Shown: positions 59,649 through 64,000 of the stretch, piece after piece
Layout: every line of letters begins with the position of its first letter
Position numbering within the stretch: position 1 is the stretch's first letter
Assembly (NCBI GenBank): GCA_016192455.1
Contig: JACPUC010000011.1
Span: 124,001 to 188,000, forward strand
Source: Candidatus Tectimicrobiota bacterium
GTDB lineage: Bacteria; JACPUC01
DNA length: 64,000 nucleotides
Direction of reading: 5' to 3'
Translations under genes and position numbers: made by a program
Notes under the pieces: generated by a model
Seen by the model: the letters and a program-made list of their open reading frames with translations, nothing else
The model's database searches: none
Told to the model about the DNA's origin: nothing

Positions 59649-60344
59649 TTACATTTTTCGTGCTTCTATGCAGATACTATCTTTATGCCGTCCACTATCT
59701 TCAACTTCTCCAAACCTTTCATCCGCCCACTCACCATAAACACAAAACTTAACTTCACGAAAACCGTGGTCCTTTAGTGCCCTGGATAGGGAGTATCTGT
59801 CCCACATCCATTGATGACGAGCATTCGATAACACTTCCTTTATCCTAGCCAAGAAGGACATCCTCGTCTTAAAGAATCCTAAATGTGAGTTGGTCAAGAA
59901 ATAGGTATTTGCTGATGTGCATAATTCATAATCTTTAGATGAAAGTCTATTTAAATACTCCTCTGCCATCAGTTCCAAATCAGGAACGATACATCTGAAA
60001 TATCCTTTGATTGCTACGTACTTGTAAATGTTGGAGATGGCGGAATGGAAATCCTCTTTGCTTAAATGCTCAAGAATATGTGAGGCAAATATTAGTCTAA
60101 TACTTCCTTCCTGAACTTTTAATCCCTTAACTATATCTCCATACATGACATTTGATGGCCATTGGACATGTAGGTACTTTGGTGCTAATGTGCGAACGCC
60201 TGGAATCTTTGATAAGCGTAATGAGAAGGATGCATCAATATTAATCCAGCCTTCTCCCGCAGTGGTTCCACACCCAATATTCAAACAATGATCACCGCGA
60301 TCATTAGCTTCCAACGCATTAAGTCGTGTTACAAGTAGTCGCAT
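59649..60344 (-). CDS. Class I SAM-dependent methyltransferase (type 11-like), AT-rich
   Basis: LNIGCG, GWINID, IFASHILEHL, CIVPDLE, HQWMWD, SICIEARK. Confidence 0.85.
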   Translation of the reverse strand: MRLLVTRLNALEANDRGDHCLNIGCGTTAGEGWINIDASFSLRLSKIPGVRTLAPKYLHVQWPSNVMYGDIVKGLKVQEGSIRLIFASHILEHLSKEDFHSAISNIYKYVAIKGYFRCIVPDLELMAEEYLNRLSSKDYELCTSANTYFLTNSHLGFFKTRMSFLARIKEVLSNARHQWMWDRYSLSRALKDHGFREVKFCVYGEWADERFGEVEDSGRHKDSICIEARKM

Positions 60345-60410
60345 TCTAAAACTGGTTCATTCAAACTGGAGTTAAATTACCGGGCTTTACCCTTTACCAG
60401 TTAGTTATCG

Positions 60411-60609
60411 TTACTGTGCCTTGTCGATGATATTATCCCCAAGCACCAGCGTATCCATCTTCGTGCGCAGGAAGCAGTCGAGCGCCTCGGCTGGCTGGTG
60501 GACGATCGGTTCGTTCTCGTTGCAAGAGGTGTTGAGCAGGACGGGGACGCCGGTGAGGTCGGCGAAGGACTCGATGAGGCGGTGTTAGCGCGGGTTCGTG
60601 TGGCGCCGG
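60411..60609 (-). pseudogene. Carbamoyltransferase (NodU/CmcH) C-terminal fragment
   Basis: HTNPR*HRLIESFADLTGVPVLLNTSCNENEPIVHQPAEALDCFLRTKMDTLVLG; internal stop; GC-rich amid AT-rich flanks. Confidence 0.85.
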
Positions 60610-61230
60610 TTAGAGCAGGGAGAAAGGCTTTTCCTGCTGATCACCATGAGAGGTGCATTGACGTGGTGAGAAATGACATTCCTCATGCTGCTGAAGTATT
60701 CGATCCTTCACAAACTCCGCTGGGTTGCCCGCTGAAATAGTCCAGGCCTTCGTATCTTTGGTAACGACGCTTCCCGCAGCAAGGACACTTCCTTCTGAAA
60801 TTGTCACTCCAGGACAGATGGTCGAGAAAGCCCCAATCCATGCCTGATTCTCAATGACAATCTCCCTCGTTATCAACGCAAACCTTGGATCGGACCAGTC
60901 ATGGTTCCCCGTACAAAGATAGACTCCTTGAGAGATGCAGCAGTCGGCGCCGATTGTGACCAGGGCAAGGTTATCGATCCACACCCCTTCCCCAATCCAG
61001 GTCTGATTGCCGATCGTCAACTTCCATGGATACTTGATATTGACACGAGGTTTTATGATCACACCATCACCAATCTTTGCTCCAAAGAAGCGGAGCACGA
61101 TCCTTTTTATCGTATAGAAGGGAAGCAGCCAGGAGTCAAAGAGGAGAGCATTGATAAGGTACCAGGAAAAAAGTTTTCCTAATGACGCACTCCGCGTATG
61201 CTGAACTCGTGCGTACTCTTTTAAATTCAT
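60610..61230 (-). CDS. wcaF: WcaF-family polysaccharide O-acetyltransferase (hexapeptide repeat)
   Basis: LRFFGAKIG, VNIKYPWKLTIG, WIGEGVWIDNL, ISQGVYLCTGNHD, AGNPA; AAGGAGG RBS. Confidence 0.92.
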   Translation of the reverse strand: MNLKEYARVQHTRSASLGKLFSWYLINALLFDSWLLPFYTIKRIVLRFFGAKIGDGVIIKPRVNIKYPWKLTIGNQTWIGEGVWIDNLALVTIGADCCISQGVYLCTGNHDWSDPRFALITREIVIENQAWIGAFSTICPGVTISEGSVLAAGSVVTKDTKAWTISAGNPAEFVKDRILQQHEECHFSPRQCTSHGDQQEKPFSLL

Positions 61231-61466
61231 CCCTCCTTGCATCTCTAATTCTGGACCTTAGGGTACGGATACACCGCGTTGCGCTCTTTCTTTACAAGAT
61301 TACTTATGAGGAGATTTCCAGCTTTCAATAATGGCATGGAGCGGACGGCATTGGTGGTGCGCCTCCTCTGGCCAGGCAATCACCCCTCCCCTAGCTCGCC
61401 GTTCACCGATGCCAACACCTGCCGTTGCCCGCGCAGGCTACCGTGGTAAATCACCGTCAACTCCGC

Positions 61467-61613
61467 GCAGGCCTGGATCGCCTCGCGCGGGAACCGCGCC
61501 CAGTGCTTCACCCGCCGAAAGCGCTCCTCCTCCACCGCTGCGCACAGCTCCCCATCCCGCACCAGCGCGGCGGATACGTCACCGTGGTAGGCGTTGATGC
61601 CGAGGAGGATCAT
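61467..61613 (-). pseudogene. Carbamoyltransferase (NodU/CmcH) N-terminal fragment
   Basis: MILLGINAYHGDVSAALVRDGELCAAVEEERFRRVKHWARFPREAIQAC, then similarity stops (frame ends at 61380). Confidence 0.88.
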
Positions 61614-61717
61614 CGCAATGTCACCGCGAGGGATTCCCAATTAGCCGAAGTCTGGCGCCTTGTTTTGATCGGCTTTGTCAGCTTGCAATCACGCTGAGGC
61701 TGCATGACCACATCGTG

Positions 61718-62320
61718 TTAGGGCTTCATCCAGAGCGCAGTATCGGTCACGCCGCTTGAAGTCCAGATACAGCGCCAATCTCCAACCGCCATCTGGAATG
61801 TTTGCCAACTTTCTGATGGAGGAGCATGGCCATATCGTTGCGAATTAGGAGAACGACTCGCTGAGGGCAAAAACCAATTACAGTTGTCGATGACAATGAT
61901 CCCGCCGGGCTTAAGAAGTGACAGAGCCACAACTGCGCATTCATCCCGCCTGATGCCGTCCACTAGGATGAGGTCGAGACTGTTCTTTTGCATGGAAAGC
62001 GCGCGTTCAACATACTTCGATTCATCACAGAGATGATAATCAACATGTGTCAGCTTCATTCTCTGTATTCTGCGGCTGACCCGCCGATACCAATAAGGAT
62101 CATGCTCAATGCTTGTGATGAACTTTACTCTTGTAGAAAACCAGAGCGTACTTCTGCCGGAACCCCATTCGAGCACCTTGTCTTCAGGTTTCAGCCAACT
62201 CGACAAGATGTTCGTCATACTCTTGGTGAGCCACGGGGTCTGCTTGTTCGTATGTTCGTAGGTGAGCACCATGAGGCGGCTCGCGATGTAGCGTGGCGAG
62301 AGATGCCGAATATTTCTCAT
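61718..62320 (-). CDS. Class I SAM-dependent methyltransferase
   Basis: PWLT, VLEWGSGRSTLWF, SIEHD, DLILVDG..R, LKPGGIIVIDN. Confidence 0.88.
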   Translation of the reverse strand: MRNIRHLSPRYIASRLMVLTYEHTNKQTPWLTKSMTNILSSWLKPEDKVLEWGSGRSTLWFSTRVKFITSIEHDPYWYRRVSRRIQRMKLTHVDYHLCDESKYVERALSMQKNSLDLILVDGIRRDECAVVALSLLKPGGIIVIDNCNWFLPSASRSPNSQRYGHAPPSESWQTFQMAVGDWRCIWTSSGVTDTALWMKP

Positions 62321-62370
62321 CGGTCTACCTTTCCATCAAAGGTAGGGTCTGGTTGCGATCATGCCGGCGA

Positions 62371-63576
62371 TCAGTGGCCGTTGATCCATGCCGGCGCCAG
62401 CCGGTCGCCCCGCAGGATGTCTTCGTAGACCGCGATCATCCGCGCGGCAATGGATTCCCAGTTCAACTTTTCGCGGACGAGCGCCTGGCCGCGCCGGCCC
62501 ATGTCCCGCCGTCGCACGGGATCGGTAAGCAACGCTCCGAGCGCCCTCGCCAGCGCCTCGCCCCGCGGTTCGACGATGACGCCCCCGCCTGCCGCTTCAA
62601 TCTCCGGGAAGTTGCAGGCAGGGGAGAGCACCACGGGACAACCGCAGGCAGCCGCCTCCAGCGCCGCCATGCTGAACCCCTCCGAGTGCGACGGCAGCAC
62701 GAAGAGCTCCGCCGCGCCCAGGGCGCTCAGCTTCTCCTCTCCTTCGAGGAGGCCCGTGAAGCGGACGTGCTGTGACAACTCGTAGCGGGCGACGGCCAAC
62801 TCGAGCGCGGCTCGGTAGCCCACATTATCTGGGCCGGCGAGAACAAGCAGTAGGTCAGAGCAGCCGGCGACACGCCGCACAAGCATGCCGAACGCCTCGA
62901 GAAGGACGTCCAGGCCCTTTTTCGGATGCAGCCGGCCAAGGAAGAGGAGGTACCGCTTCCCTCGCAGCTCCGGGTACCGGGCGTCAAGAACCGCACGTGG
63001 CGGGACGCTGCGGTAGTCGTCCGGGTCAATACCATTCGGCAGGACAAACGTCGGGCGTTGCAACCCGAGCGCCGCAAACTGCCGTCCCTCCGCGGCGGTG
63101 AGGGCATGCAGGGCGGCGGCACGCTTTAGCGTCCGGTGATCGAAAAGCTTGAAATACGGCCGCTTTTTCCATGCCTTCCAGGCAAGCGCCCAAGGATCGA
63201 GCATGCCATGTGGACTGACGATGTAGGGGCGATGGAAGTACCGCGCCAGGCGGCTGCCAAGCAGGGTGGGGTACGAGAAGAGGCCGTGCAGGTGTAGGAG
63301 ATCAACCTCCCGCGCGTTCCGCCAAAGCCAAGCCGTGAGACCCCAGGACCAGCCGTACTCCTCAGGTCCGCGGCACCGGAAGAAGTGATACGGCACCTCC
63401 CATACTGGCTCCCTCGAGGCGCTCGCTGGGCCAACCGCCTCCGATGAACTGCCATATAATGCAGCGAGGCGGACATCCAGCCCCGCCTTGCGCTGCCAAC
63501 GCGCGATCTGTGGCACGAGGGTGCTCGGTCCACCGAATTGGGGCCTCAGCGACGGCACGATGTGCAGGACGCGCAT
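62371..63576 (-). CDS. Glycosyltransferase family 4
   Basis: MRVLHIV...GGP, SPHGML, LFLGRLHPKKGLD, VLPSHSEGFSMAALEA (Ex7E). Confidence 0.93.
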   Translation of the reverse strand: MRVLHIVPSLRPQFGGPSTLVPQIARWQRKAGLDVRLAALYGSSSEAVGPASASREPVWEVPYHFFRCRGPEEYGWSWGLTAWLWRNAREVDLLHLHGLFSYPTLLGSRLARYFHRPYIVSPHGMLDPWALAWKAWKKRPYFKLFDHRTLKRAAALHALTAAEGRQFAALGLQRPTFVLPNGIDPDDYRSVPPRAVLDARYPELRGKRYLLFLGRLHPKKGLDVLLEAFGMLVRRVAGCSDLLLVLAGPDNVGYRAALELAVARYELSQHVRFTGLLEGEEKLSALGAAELFVLPSHSEGFSMAALEAAACGCPVVLSPACNFPEIEAAGGGVIVEPRGEALARALGALLTDPVRRRDMGRRGQALVREKLNWESIAARMIAVYEDILRGDRLAPAWINGH

Positions 63577-64000
63577 CACCGTCCGCCGCGCTCCCGCCGC
63601 GCCAGCGTCACTTGTAGGCAATCAGCCAGAGCCGCCGCCCAAGTCTGCGGGGTGTAATTCGCCACGATCCCGCGCGACATCTCCCCCATGCGCCGCAGGT
63701 CAACGCGCCCGGAGGAAACGCGCTCCATGTACCCCGCAAGCTCGTCGATGTCGTACGGATCGAACACGTAGCCGTTGAGCCCCGGCAGCACCAGGTCGCC
63801 GACCGCGCCGCAGCGGTCCGACGCCAGCACCGGCAGACCGCAGGCCATCGCTTCGTTGATGACCAGGCCCCACGGCTCGCTGGTGCTCGGCAGGACGAGG
63901 CAGTTTGCCAGCGCGTAGTACGCCGGCAGCGTGTCGAGCTGCTGGAATCCCGGCCAAACAACGGCGTGCAAGTGCAGAGCTTCGGCGCGGCGCTTGAGCT
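63576..64000 (-). CDS. Glycosyltransferase family 4 (C-terminal part; 5' end outside window)
   Basis: LVLPSTSEPWGLVINEAMACGLPV (Ex7E), GLNGYVFDP; TGATG overlap with the next GT4. Confidence 0.9.
   Translation of the reverse strand, partial: LKRRAEALHLHAVVWPGFQQLDTLPAYYALANCLVLPSTSEPWGLVINEAMACGLPVLASDRCGAVGDLVLPGLNGYVFDPYDIDELAGYMERVSSGRVDLRRMGEMSRGIVANYTPQTWAAALADCLQVTLARRERGGR

Overview
A 64-kb window from a high-GC diderm bacterium. The backbone carries housekeeping genes (fabI, PBP transpeptidase, amidase-GerMN-rph-rdgB, tRNA-Lys(CTT), tRNA-Pro(TGG)) and many catabolic genes of unassigned substrate. These are a GntR-regulated hydantoinase/oxoprolinase A+B plus flavin amine oxidase operon, an orphan BoxB-like di-iron epoxidase behind a sigma54-type promoter, a binding protein-UbiD-xanthine dehydrogenase family-Mo-bisPGD cluster, a second UbiD, and a Cys-less thiolase-DUF35-enoyl-CoA hydratase set. 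The right third is a minus-strand surface polysaccharide locus (GT4s, methyltransferases, wcaF, fcl, Wza/KpsD-like exporter, YjbH-like barrel) that also holds a 1978-aa Ig-repeat secreted protein. Several visibly AT-richer islets interrupt the backbone. (i) typA, an XRE-Cys4 gene and csp lie downstream of tRNA-Lys. (ii) An orphan membrane-protein gene lies beside an IS remnant. (iii) Most notably, a ~2.1-kb integrase-less islet at tRNA-Pro is bounded by a 46-bp tRNA 3'-end direct repeat, with IHF and arm-type-like sites. Its only intact cargo is an atypical diadenylate-cyclase (DisA_N) domain protein next to a decayed Type ISP restriction-modification fragment. Also seen: a carbamoyltransferase gene whose middle is replaced by wcaF, eroded toxin-antitoxin genes, several dispersed REP-like palindrome families, and a candidate structured RNA at 35585-35733. 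No CRISPR array or rRNA was seen. All family assignments are from motif recognition by eye, not database searches.
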